This document shows positions 13,601 through 24,465 of a stretch of DNA of 64,000 nt, piece after piece; position 1 is the stretch's first letter, and every line of letters starts with the position of its first letter. Source of the DNA: Macrostomum hystrix (Eukaryota > Animalia > Platyhelminthes); assembly GCA_950097015.1 (NCBI GenBank), contig CATNEN010000038.1, positions 3,782,001 through 3,846,000 on the forward strand, read 5' to 3'. A program made the translations under genes and the position numbers. The notes below the pieces were generated by a model that was given only the letters and a program-made list of their open reading frames with translations, did not search any database and was not told the DNA's origin.

Positions 13601-16600
13601 TTACAATGCCCGCAGAACCGTGTATCAAAGCGCACCTTCTCCTGCCGCAGCCGGCTCAGCTGAAGGCTGTTCCCCAGAGCCAGCATCTGTCTCTCATGCT
13701 CCTCAACAATCTGTTTGCGCGCCAGCTCATCCGTGTCAGTCTGCAGTGTCAGCGCCTTCTGCAGCACCAGGTCCTGGCCGCGCTTCACCTCGGCCAGCTC
13801 GGCTTCGCGAGCCGCTCGGGCGGCGGCGAACTTCACCTGCCTGCTGGCGAGCTTCTCCTCCAGTCGGCGCTGGTTGCGCTGCTGCTCGTTGCGCTTGTCT
13901 TCTGCAGAAAAATTTTCACACAAAGATGTGATCTGCGTTAGCTTGGCACTCAGCCAATCGGAGTTGAATTTGGGACAGGCCAATGAGAGAGAGCCTTAGC
14001 CCGAACCAATGAAAGTAATTTTACTATCTAGTAGCCAATCAATGAGGCCTTATGTCTTATCCGATGGGACTATCTTCCGTTCCAGCCGATTCTCCAGCCT
14101 ATGGGGCCAAGCTTAGCGCTCGGTTAATAAGATTAGAATGGGATTCTTTAGAATGGGATTCTTTAGAATGGGATTCTTTAGAATGGGATTCTTTAGAATG
14201 GGATTCTTTAGAATGGGATTCTTTAGAATGGGATTCTTTAGAATGGGATTCTTTAGAATGGGATTCTTTAGAATGGGATTATTTAGAATCAGATTCTTTA
14301 GAATGGGATTCTTTAGAATGGGATTCTTTAGAATGGGATTCTTTAGAATGGGATTCTTTAGAATGGGATTCTTTAGAATGGGATTCTTTAGAATGGGATT
14401 CTTTAGAATGGGATTCTTTAGAATGGGATTCTTTAGAATGGGATTCTTTAGAATGGGATTCTTTAGAATGGGATTCTTTAGAATGGGATTCTTTAGAATG
14501 GGATTCTTTAGAATGGGATTCTTTAGAATGGGATTCTTTAGAATGGGATTCTTTAGAATGGGATTCTTTAGAATGGGATTCTTTAGAATGGGATTCTTTA
14601 GAATGGGATTCTTTAGAATGGGATTATTTAGAATCAGATTCTTTAGAATTCGCCTTCACTCACTCCTGAACTTGTCGACCTGTCGCCGGTGCAGATCCAG
14701 CATCCGGCCGACTTCCTCCTCGCTGAGCCCCAGCTGCTGGCTGAGCTCCTCTTCCGCCAGAGCCTCGCCGTTGCTTTTCTCCTGCAGCAGGTCGTCTCGA
14801 AGCGCAATCAGCTGGCCGCAGTCGCGCGAGTCTAAATCTTCGTGCATCGCCGACAGCGCCGAGTTGCGTGACTCCAACGCGTCGGCGAGAGCGTCGGCTG
14901 CTCTTTCAGGATCCGACGTGTCGGTGCCGGCCTCAACCCGGTCGGCCATTTTTCTCAGCGACATGGCGTGCCGGCGTTCAAGATCCGCGGCCTGAGCTTC
15001 GCGAGCCTGTCGTAGGCGTTCCGCCAGGGCCTTCTTTTGCAGCTGATAAGCTGCGGACAGGATGGGGACATCGTGACGGAGTGACATCGTGACGGAGTGA
15101 CATCGTGATGAAGTGACATCGTGACGGAGTGACATCGTGACGGAGTGACATCGTGACGGAGTGACATCGTGACGGAGTGACATCGTGACGGAGTGACATC
15201 GTGACGGAGTGACATCGTGATGAAGTGACATCGTGACGGAGTGACATCGTGACGGAGTGACATCGTGACGGAGTGACATCGTGACGGAGTGACATCGTGA
15301 CGGAGTGACATCGTGACGGAGTGACATCGTGACGGAGTGACATCGTGACGGAGTGACATCGTGACGGAGTGACATCGTGACGGAGTGACATCGTGACGGA
15401 GTGACATCGTGACGGAGTGACATCGTGACGGAGTGACATCGTGACGGAGTGACATCGTGACGGAGTGACATCGTGACGGAGTGACATCGTGACGGAGTGA
15501 CATCGTGACGGAGTGACATCGTGACGGAGTGACATCGATAGTTGATTGATAATTGATAGCAGGAACTCTACTCAAACAAATCTTACATTTCTCAAACGCC
15601 TCCTTCTGTTTTAGCAGAGACTTCTGATAAGCGGCCATTATCTTTTGCCTTTCGCTGTCGCTTAACTTCTGATCCCTAACCAGTCCGCCCAGCTGCAGCC
15701 GCCGGGACTCCATCAGCTGCTCCATGCCGTAGGCAGCCTCCTCGTCGGCAGCCATCTGCTGCGCAAGCAGCTGCCGACGTCGGGCCAGAGTTGACTCCAT
15801 GCCGGCGCACTGGCGCAGTCGCTGATTCGCCAGGCGGCCCTCCAGCCTGGCCACTCCGGCCTAAGAATCGATGGGTAAAATTGTCCGAGATTTCTTCATT
15901 TCCTTCTGAAAAACCGCACACCACATCTGCCTACCTTCAGGTTGGCCATCAGGGCATCCGCCTTCTCGGCGCCGAGCTTTGGCAGACTGGAAAGCCGACG
16001 CCGCAGTCGCGCGATCTCTAACTGGGCCGCCGAGTCCAAGCTGGCAGCCCGCTTGGCCTCCTCCTCGGAAGCCGCCTCCGCTTCTTCAGCAGCCGCAGCC
16101 TCCGTTGACACGCTTCTCGATTGACGATTCTTAAGTCGCTCTTCCCTGGCCTCTTCAAGCTCCTCATCGACTCGCGCCTATGTAAAAGGTCACGAATACG
16201 TCAATCATCAGTAGTTTTTATACGAGTAATAGACTATTCATCTTTAAGCACCCACGCAGTGTGTTTCTTTGCTAGATTTAACAGCTTTATCAAATTAGTA
16301 TAGTAGACTAGCTTTTTAAACCCCCTTTAGGCAGTGCCTTGATTATTTTATTTGTTTAGAATAAGCGGAATGTACGCGCAAAAATCAGAAGACGGAAAGG
16401 TAACAAAAAAGATTGTCATAACAAAAAATTATAATTCTTTCTAAGTTATATAGGGTAGCTTGTACGAATAGGGTTAGGGGTCAGGAGTTCCGAATGGGAA
16501 ACAATTTGAGCGAAATTTAAGCTCGAAAATCTAATTGTTTTTTATTATTAACTACCGATAATAACAGTTCACATTTTTCAATATACTGAGCGCATTACTA

Positions 16601-18094
16601 CCTGAGCATCCGCCAGTTGGTCAGTGTGCTCACGCAGCAGCCGCTGTCTAGTGTCCTCATCAATGACACCGTCGGCTGCCAGACGGTTAAGCAGGGCGCC
16701 GACTAACTGCCAGAGGCCGAGAAGACGAGCTCGCCAGAGGTCTCGCTCCTGGCGCGCGGTGGCCGCCCAGTCCTGGTTTATGAGCTCCTGCTCGCCCTCT
16801 TGTCTGTGAGATGAGTGTGAGCACGGTTGAAGAAAGCTTTACTTGCTTTACTTTTCCTTCGATTTCGACAATCGCAAACTCCTCTTCCATTCACCAGTCA
16901 ATGCTTCTTAGCAAAATCATAACGACGCATTTCGACTCAAATCTTACTCAGTGACCTGAGCCAGGGCGTCAATCATAGCGAGTCGCTCAGCCGCCTGCGC
17001 CGCGTCAATCTGCAGCAGCCGGAGCCTCACCAGGATGCTTTCCTCGCCGTTCTTCTCGCCTGCGTCTTCCAGTGGGATCAGCGACTGTCGGCCGTTGCTT
17101 GTTTCTAAAGTTTCGGTTTGTCGTCGTATCGAGCGCAGTCTCAGAGAGTCACCACGCGACACAGCTGAAGCCCGACGGAAACTCTAAAGTACAAAGAATT
17201 CCTAATTCAGTGAAAAATTTTCCAATGCGATACAGTATAATGGTAGCAAAGAATGTTTATATCTTACAGGATCAGCCTCTTCAACTTTTCCATGATTTCG
17301 GTCTAGGCAAGTCATGCTATTGCTGAATTTCTGCAAAAAAATAGTAGTCACATTGTTCTCGTTTGAGACATTGTGATATTATTGTCCTCGTATTATAATC
17401 CAATGTACAATGCACAATCAGACTCACAACTCCGCAGTTTCGCTCTGCCCCAGGGGAGTAGAGACAGCTCAGAAAGCTAGTGTTGTAGGTGCGGCTGCGA
17501 AACTAAAAATTGTAAGTCAGAAATGAGGTTTTTTCTGGATAATGTTGAGGACATTTACAATACAGTAGCAACGTTGCCTGTAAAAGCTGTATGCAAGCAT
17601 TTAAAGTGCCACAAAAGAACCTGAAAATGTATTTGATAAGCAGATGGACTGAAGTAAACTAAAAAATTGTTTCCCTAATGATTTTTCTGGATGATCGTAT
17701 GCCACAAATATATATTAAACGTACTGCAGTAAATCCGAAAAATGTTCTGAAAAGTTCTTTATAAACACGTTGATTGTGTGAAAGATAGACTGCTGGTAGT
17801 AATTATATTCGAATAAATGGAAGTAAATATATAAATAACTAATAAATATAAGTTTTGACACTACCATACTGTTGTTATTTATTTATAAAACACACAGTTT
17901 TATAGGAAAAACGACATGACAATTATTTTCGGTTGACTAAGCCATACCTTCATATGGAAGCAGCTGATCCATAGTAAAATAAACGCAATAAAAAAGCCAA
18001 CTATCAGACCAATGATAAGTCCAACAGCAATATATCCGGAGTTATCTTCTGCGACTCCTTTAGCATCTACTTCAAAACGTGCGCACGTTGACAT
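7606..18094 (-). CDS. ~1005-aa N-terminally membrane-anchored coiled-coil protein, EVC/EVC2 (Limbin)-like
   Basis: 14 phase-consistent exons: 18094-17948, 17502-17428, 17330-17268, 17183-16948, 16803-16602, 16177-15935, 15860-15587, 15050-14664, 13901-13636, 12977-12528, 12138-11975, 9845-9695, 8599-8305, 7670-7606 (3018 nt, ending ...QDDFEDD*). TM YIAVGLIIGLIVGFFIAFILLWI. Segment MIDALAQ...ATARQERDLWRAR...GALLNRLAADGVI aligns by eye with the EVC2-like domain as I recall it (MIDILSS...ATLNRADADLEACR...ALLLKNLTSSGHL). Gene model is solid; family call is less certain. Confidence 0.8.
7790..8262. repeat. 17-19-bp intronic minisatellite ATCATGACCCACCACTGC
   Basis: Tandem array in the last intron of the EVC-like gene. 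Confidence 0.95.
8650..9392. repeat. 20-bp intronic minisatellite CTCTCTAAAATCCCAGTCC
   Basis: Tandem array. Confidence 0.95.
9402..9655 (+). mobile_element. SINE family A copy (3'-truncated)
   Basis: Head GGGGGTGAGTGGCAGAGCGGTC...GAGCTCGATTC plus family body. Confidence 0.8.
10020..10655. repeat. 20-bp intronic minisatellite CTCCAAACCCCTCAACCCCA
   Basis: Tandem array; a degenerate relative lies at 13255-13600. Confidence 0.95.
10656..11595. mobile_element. Possible AT-rich non-autonomous DNA transposon
   Basis: Imperfect inverted ends CTTAACAGGACTAAA / TTTAGTCTTTGTAAG around an AT-rich block. No TSD resolved. Confidence 0.3.
11690..11918. repeat. 20-bp minisatellite CTCCTGTCCAACAGGTAGCA
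   Basis: Tandem array, related to 41595-42175. Confidence 0.9.
12225..12432. repeat. 21-bp degenerate repeat with core CAGCACCCACCTCACTCC
   Basis: Tandem array; same core at 33250-33390. Confidence 0.85.
14133..14649. repeat. Near-perfect 15-bp minisatellite TTAGAATGGGATTCT
   Basis: About 34 units; each contains the hairpin AGAAT-GGG-ATTCT. Source of the DSLEW/MGFFR ORFs. Confidence 0.97.
15067..15537. repeat. Near-perfect 16-bp minisatellite GACATCGTGACGGAGT
   Basis: About 29 units filling most of a 536-nt intron. Confidence 0.97.
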
Positions 18095-19385
18095 TTTTGG
18101 ATGCTTTTAAAAGATAGCTTACGTCGCCATTTAGACAGCTTAAAAACGTAAAAACACAAATAACCGTGATCTTAAGGCTTTTCAGGCTATAAGAAAGCAC
18201 CTGATTAGAAATTATAATGACTAGAAATTATTATATCAATCATATTATTTCACCGGTTATCATTTTGAAAGACTTAGTGACAAAGTCAACAATAATTAAT
18301 TTGAAAATAACGCGTTGCAGGTTCATATTTTTGTTAAATTCAAAATAAAAAACTGAGTAATAGTATACATTAGCATATCTATTGTTAGCTAAGTGTGTGT
18401 TTTTTGTTTAAAAAGTATCATTTGTAGGCTTTTAAAATGTGAATTATAATTAATATTTCCTAGAACTATAAATATATTCGCGATAGGCGATAGCAAAAGA
18501 CAATACAATAGACAAAAGTCAACAACTTTTGTCCACCTAGCGACAATAGTTACTGTCTCGCATTGGTTTACGTTACAAAAAATTTCATAATAATAATTCT
18601 TCATTTGCATTGCTCTCACTAGTCAACATAAAAACTGAGTAAGGACTACATGAAATGAATATTTGATAGGATGCACGAGATCTAGAAACGGTAATATAAA
18701 AAGATATAACCTTTCGCTAGCCTAGGAATGGCTAAGAATTACAAAAATATAAAATTCACTTATTAGTTCAATAATTCAAAGATAACTAAGACTATCAATT
18801 CTTAATCTGTAGTTAAAGTTATTTGGTATTTAATTTACATATGTTACTTGTACCTACTTTAATAAATTGCTTTGTAAGAGATTCTAGTATCACTTTAGCT
18901 ATTTAGCAAAAATTTATGCAATTTTCATAATGATTAGCTAACTATTGACAAAAGGACTTTGTGATTTGGGTTGGTTAGATAAATTTTATCAATATTCAGC
19001 TCTAGATTTTTCTATTTTGTTATTACAAAACTATTTTGTAAATAAAAGTATGTGTTAGAGCACAGTACCCACTACATTATATTTTTAACAGTTCTTTAAA
19101 GGTTATAGCCATTTAGCTTTTTTGTATAAATTAATTTTTTACCATTTTTGGTTCATGATCTTAAAAATGAAACTGCTATTGTTTCAGTCAATGCTAGAAT
19201 TGTGTTTGTCTTTTCAGCTAGGCCTACTTACTTAAGAAAGTATTTAATTGCTGCCTCTTCTACAGTCAATAAAGCAAGATCTAGACTGTTGTCCACATCA
19301 TATGCAGCATTTTCGGTCCATTGCTACATATATCACTATTCCAAGTAGTAAACAGTGGCAGAGCATTGGGCATAGATTTTTCACC

Positions 19386-19992
19386 ATGGAGGCTGAAGCA
19401 CAGAAATCGAATAAGGTGAAAGCATACCTTGTATTACATCTATAACATTATAATTCAATAATTCAACAATTTACTTTTATATTCTCCACAAGGTAGCTAA
19501 GCTGACACCTGAGCAGAGACAGGAGCTGCTGAATCCGCTGCTGGAGCGAGACTGGAAGCTCGTCGTCAACCGCGATGCCATCTTTAAGAGCTTCAAATTC
19601 AAGAACTTTCAACAGGTCAGTCTGGACTTCGCTACATAATTTTATATGCGCAGTTGATTTGTTCTAAAATGTGAAGTGAAATGCGATTTGGAGAAACTTG
19701 TTCTTCGCTAATGTTAGCTAGAGAATTCCATTTAGACTTAGGTAAGATATTTTAAAGCGTTAACCGCTTTAAAATTTCAAATTTCAAAGCTGAACTGCAT
19801 CATTCCCAGGCCTTCTCCTTCATGACCCACGCGGCCCTGAATGCCGAGAAATTCGACCATCACCCGGAGTGGTTCAACGTGTACAGCCGAGTTGACGTCA
19901 CCCTGACAACTCACTCCTGCAGCGGCCTCTCCAACAAGGACGTGAAACTTGCCGGCATTATGGACAACGCGGCTGCGAAGTTTGCCGGCTAA
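19386..19992 (+). CDS. PCBD1: Pterin-4-alpha-carbinolamine dehydratase (PCD/DCoH)
   Basis: Exons 19386-19415, 19493-19615, 19810-19992 give [27 protein letters not shown]...[63 protein letters not shown], with the signature [10 protein letters not shown]. In-frame upstream ATG at 19302. Confidence 0.95.
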
Positions 19993-20240
19993 AATCACTT
20001 AACTTTCATGTTCGCATCATGCTACTGTCTGTTCATCTTTTAGTAGTGTAGCGTGCATTTTAAGTAGGAAAATTGGAATGATTTTTTCAACTTTTTACTT
20101 AATTATTTATTAGTAAGACTCACATCGTGCATATATACATCGTATTTCATTTTAATCGCTGATAATTAAATTTTTACATGCTCAATCATCCAATTTGACT
20201 TTGTCGTGTATAGTTTCATTATTTTCAGTTTATTGGCCTT

Positions 20241-20480
20241 GGAGAGAAGGCTTGGGGGCTTGTCGTGCAATTTACGCCCTTAAGGGCCAACCTCCAGGGC
20301 ACAGTGAGACTGTACACTGCCTGACAATGAGAATGTCAGGGCAGATGTACACACCTGTAAGAGTGTGTGCTCAGGAGTCAGCGAAATGTGCAGAATTGCC
20401 TCACCGCTGGCTGCAGACTGCTGTCACCAAATGATGTACGATTGCCTGCAGCACTCCTGCAATTATCATTATTATCATAA
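20241..20480 (+). mobile_element. SINE family A copy (5'-truncated)
   Basis: Family body plus CTCCTGCAATTATCATTATT tail. Confidence 0.85.
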
Positions 20481-21714
20481 TTACGCCAAGTCCAGGTTGC
20501 AATTTGTAAGTCTTCGTGTGCTCTTTATCCGCACTTACCAAAAGGTCTGAAGTAATAATCCCTGCCCAAATGAAAACAGTGTGTGCCCCTAAGCAACACA
20601 CTTACTTGACTGGCCTCGTTTTATGTGTGAACAAGGCTTTAAAGTCGATACTGCCCATGCCAGTTACTATCCATGTCGTTGCGAACAATGAATGCAGGAA
20701 TTCAGGAGGGCAATGTCTGTTTTTCCAGCCCCAGTATGCCCGGATCATAGCTCCCTGGCTTGCGCCATCAAAGTAATTAATTATCTTTTACATCTACCTA
20801 AGGGTTGTTGCTTTGCGCACTGGCATCCACCATGATGATATTTTAAGCTGATTTGAATAAGTATTGATTTGTTCAAATTCATTAATAGCATCAGAGCTGC
20901 AGGTAACAATCATGCACCCTCTTAATTATGATAGTATCTGTTTTTTTCAGACACAAATTTGGCATTGGCCTTGCAGCACAGTTAACAGTCGATGGTAAGC
21001 CAATCAGGGATCGGAGTATTGCGGAGTGAGTATAGTCATTTTGTGTTTTAGTTCAACAGTTTTTAATTTATTTGTTCAGTGTGGCAAATCAAATTGTGAA
21101 TAAAAAATTTTCCCCCTGTCCTGTAGGCGCAACGCTAGATTTTTTTGCAAAATTGCACAGGTAACACCTTAAGCCTCGTTGGCCAATCAGCGTTAAGTAG
21201 ACTATGGGGTGTATTTCGGATTCCCCACAAGTTTGTCTAAAAATAGTAAAAATTAATAATCTACGTTGGCCAAAACTGATTGAGTGACACGTCTCTTTTC
21301 TAGATTCGCGTGTATTAACAGCACCCTCCACAATGTCACGTGACTCGATTCCCCAATGATATTTCAATGTTTAAGATTTTCAACTTTTTGTTGCATGGAA
21401 AGTTTAACCGTTTATTTAAGTTTAAAACTGCTGGATAATGATCAATAAATATTCTCAAAAGAAATTTTACGTCATGAATATGCACTCATGCATAATAATA
21501 TACAAGTACGATATGCGGTGTGAGAGTAAAAATAAATATTTTAAAAGATTAAACTATTCAAAAGAGGCAATTAACCATCAATCATTACCAAAATAAAAGG
21601 ATTAAAAAGTGTAAAAAGTGTTTCGCATCGTTTCAGAACTAAAGCAATACTTTTAATTCAAATAAAAACAGTTAAAAAAAATTTGGCGCCAAAGGCATGT
21701 CATTCCGAATGCAT

Positions 21715-21933
21715 TCCGATCCCTGATCTACGATCCCTGCTCTCCGATCCTGAACTCCGATCCCTGATCTCCGATCCCTGATCTCCGATCCCTGATCTCC
21801 GATCCCTGATCTCCGATCCCTGATCTCCGATCCCTGATCCCCGATCCCTGATCTCCGATCCCTGATCTCCGATCCCTGATCTCCGATCCCTGATCTCCGA
21901 TCCCTGATCTCCGATCCCTGATCTCCGATCCCT
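21715..21933. repeat. 14-bp minisatellite (TCCGATCCCTGATC)n at the transposase 3' end
   Basis: About 15 units; overlaps the stop codon. Confidence 0.95.
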
Positions 21934-23393
21934 AATACTTGGTCTTTCCTCCATTGCTGTCCACAACAGCCTGGCATCGCCGCGTCATACTCGACACGAG
22001 TTTCGCCGCCGCTTTCTCTTCGCCCATCAGTCGCCATTCTTCGCTGATGAGTCGCTTGAGGTTCTCTTTGTCGCCGCCGCCACCGAGTAGCTGGCCGCAC
22101 CGATTCCTCACCCGCCGCTTCAGCATGGCCCAGGCGTTCTCAATCGGATTCAAATCCGGCGATCTTGGCGGCCAATCGTCGACGCTCTGTAGGCGAAGTC
22201 GCTGCTTCACCTCCGTCACCTTGGCGGCCCGATGATGCGGTGCGTTGTCATCCATCAGCAGCCAGTCCGGTGGTAGATGGCTTCGGCCGTAGGGGGCGAC
22301 TGAGGTCTCCAGCAAATTTGAGTAGGAGTCCGCCGTGAGTTTGTCAGGAAAAATCACGTCAGTCTGACCGGCCGAGTGGATGCCCGCCCACACCCAGACT
22401 GGAGGAAACTGCAGCCAATGCCGCTGCTGCTGCTGCTGCTGCTTCTGCTGTTGCTGATCTTCCGCTGTCTGCGAAATTCGACTCTGCCGCCGCATTCTCG
22501 GCTGCTGCTGAAGCCATTGACGACCTCTGCCAGTGAAATCGGACAGCTGGAAGCAGGTCTCGTCTGTGAACAGAACTCTGCGAATCGAAATCATGCGATG
22601 GGTGTAGAAACGTTTGGATAATGCGTCATGTGATGCAGTGGGTCATGCGTCATGTGATGCAGTGGGTCGGAGATCAGGGATCGGAGATCAGGGATCGGAG
22701 ATCAGGGATCGGAGATCAGGGATCGGAGATCAGGGATCGGAGATCAGGGATCGGAGATCAGGGATCGGAGATCAGGGATCGGAGATCAGGGATCGGAGAT
22801 CAGGGATCGGAGATCAGGGATCGGAGATCAGGGATCGGAGATCAGGGATCGGAGATCAGGGATCGGAGATCAGGGATCGGAGATCAGGGATCGGAGATGG
22901 GTACTGGGTAATGTGTCATAAGACGCAGAGGGTCATGTACAAACTGATAGCCGTCTCACCTTGCCCAGTCGTGATGGCTCCATTCGAGTCTTTTCATGGC
23001 CCACCTCAGCCTAGCCGGAGCTCCCTTTGTCGCCGCTGCCGCAGCGGTCGCCTGTCCGGCCCTGGACCTGTAGCGAAATCTGGCTGACATGAGTCGCCGC
23101 CTCACTGTAGACCTGGAAGCCCGCACAGACCAGATTCTGGCCAGAGCCTGGCAGGACAGCAGCGGGTTTCTCTTAGCCAGTTGGCAAAGCTCCGTGTCCT
23201 CCTGAGGCCCGCTGAGGCGGCTGAGGCGGCGCGGCTGGTTCCTGACGGTGCCTAAGCGGCCCTGCTTGGTCACATTGTAGTGCGCGGCGCCCACAGAGAC
23301 ATCGAGTTGGCGGGCGATTTGGCGGTAGCTGGCACCGGCCAATCGCATGCCTACCAGTTGGTGGCGCTTGGCCTCTGTGAGCTGCTGCGGCAT
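21932..23393 (-). CDS. Tc1/mariner-superfamily transposase (DD35E spacing), two exons, 359 aa, possibly domesticated
   Basis: Exons 23393-22960 and 22577-21932 (1080 nt). HTH GASYRQIARQLDVS, second HTH SRSTVRRRL; the splice joins WSHHDWAR|VLFTDE; VWVWAGIH; DDNAPHH; WPPRSPDLNPIENAW; C-terminal GGKTKY. 35 residues between the second D and the E. Confidence 0.9.
22667..22898. repeat. 14-bp minisatellite (TCGGAGATCAGGGA)n in the transposase intron, inverted relative to 21715-21933
   Basis: About 16 perfect units. Confidence 0.95.
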
Positions 23394-23823
23394 CTGCACT
23401 GCCTACTTGAGACTGTCATGCAGATTAAGACACAGTGGCACACTCATATGGTCTATATATTTAACTTTTAATTTTTCACAGCTATCCGCAAAACAGTTTG
23501 TTGGGCCGATTCCTCCGCTTGGCCATGGTCACGTGATGCAGCTGGGCTGTACCAGCTGGAGTGGGGGGTGGTGTCGCTGCTATTTTATAATTCAGTCGGC
23601 TGCTCCGTAAATCGGAGTGGATTTTAGTTTGGGCGATATGATTTTAAGCTTTATTGTGAATTGGTAGCATGCTGTCACAATTGCCCGTTCTCCCCACCGT
23701 TTCTTCTTTTACTGCAGAACTGCTTGTGAAGGCAAAAAACTGTTTTACTTAACACCCGTCTCAGTCTGGAGAAGCTAAAAGAAGAGAACTTTAAAAGAAC
23801 TGGCCGACACAGCCGGGCAAGCG

Positions 23824-23980
23824 ATGGGAGTGAGTATAGACTCAATGGGAGTGAGTATAGACTCAATGGGAGTGAGTATAGACTCAATGGGAGCAAGTAT
23901 AGACTCAATGGGAGTGAGTATAGACTCAATGGGAGTGCGTATGGACTCGATGGGAGTGAGCATAGACTCAATGGGAGTGA
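23824..23980. repeat. 21-bp minisatellite ATGGGAGTGAGTATAGACTCA
   Basis: About 7 units. Confidence 0.95.
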
Positions 23981-24465
23981 ATCGAGCGAGTAGACTCGAT
24001 AAATATTTCCCAAATAGATTTAAAAAAATGAGTACTTGTTAATTGTTTACTTGTTTATTGCTTACTCGTTTATTGTTTACTCGTATTAGGTATTTATATT
24101 TATTATTATGTAGAACTTTTTCTATCATTAGCAAAAATTAAGCAATTAGCACATATGACTACTTCTAGTAGAAACTTGGAAACAGATACAATTTTCTGTT
24201 TCTTCTATATTCCCATATTGTATGTGTGCATTCTTACCTTGCTATATTGGTCATGGCAACTTTAATACTTAAGCCTGCCATTCTGTATCCTGTTACTCTA
24301 ACCTGTCACCCTGGTCTGTCACCCTGACCTGTCACTCTTCCGTCTTTATCTAAGTAGTCTGATGCAATCACACTTTGAAAACTGCTTCTAACGATTTCTG
24401 GCAGGATTTTTCATTCACGCACTGATTTATTTGGCTCCAATCACTCGGAAAAAGTCACCACTCCA

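Noticed and set aside
14052-15535. Long repetitive ORFs (DSLEW, MGFFR, RHDVTPS)
   Set aside because: Translations of stop-free intronic minisatellites; canonical splice sites remove them from the EVC-like gene.
21400-23700. Terminal inverted repeats of the Tc1-like element
   Set aside because: No matching TA-flanked inverted termini found by eye. The 14-bp inverted arrays enclose only exon 2, so they are not TIRs of the whole element.
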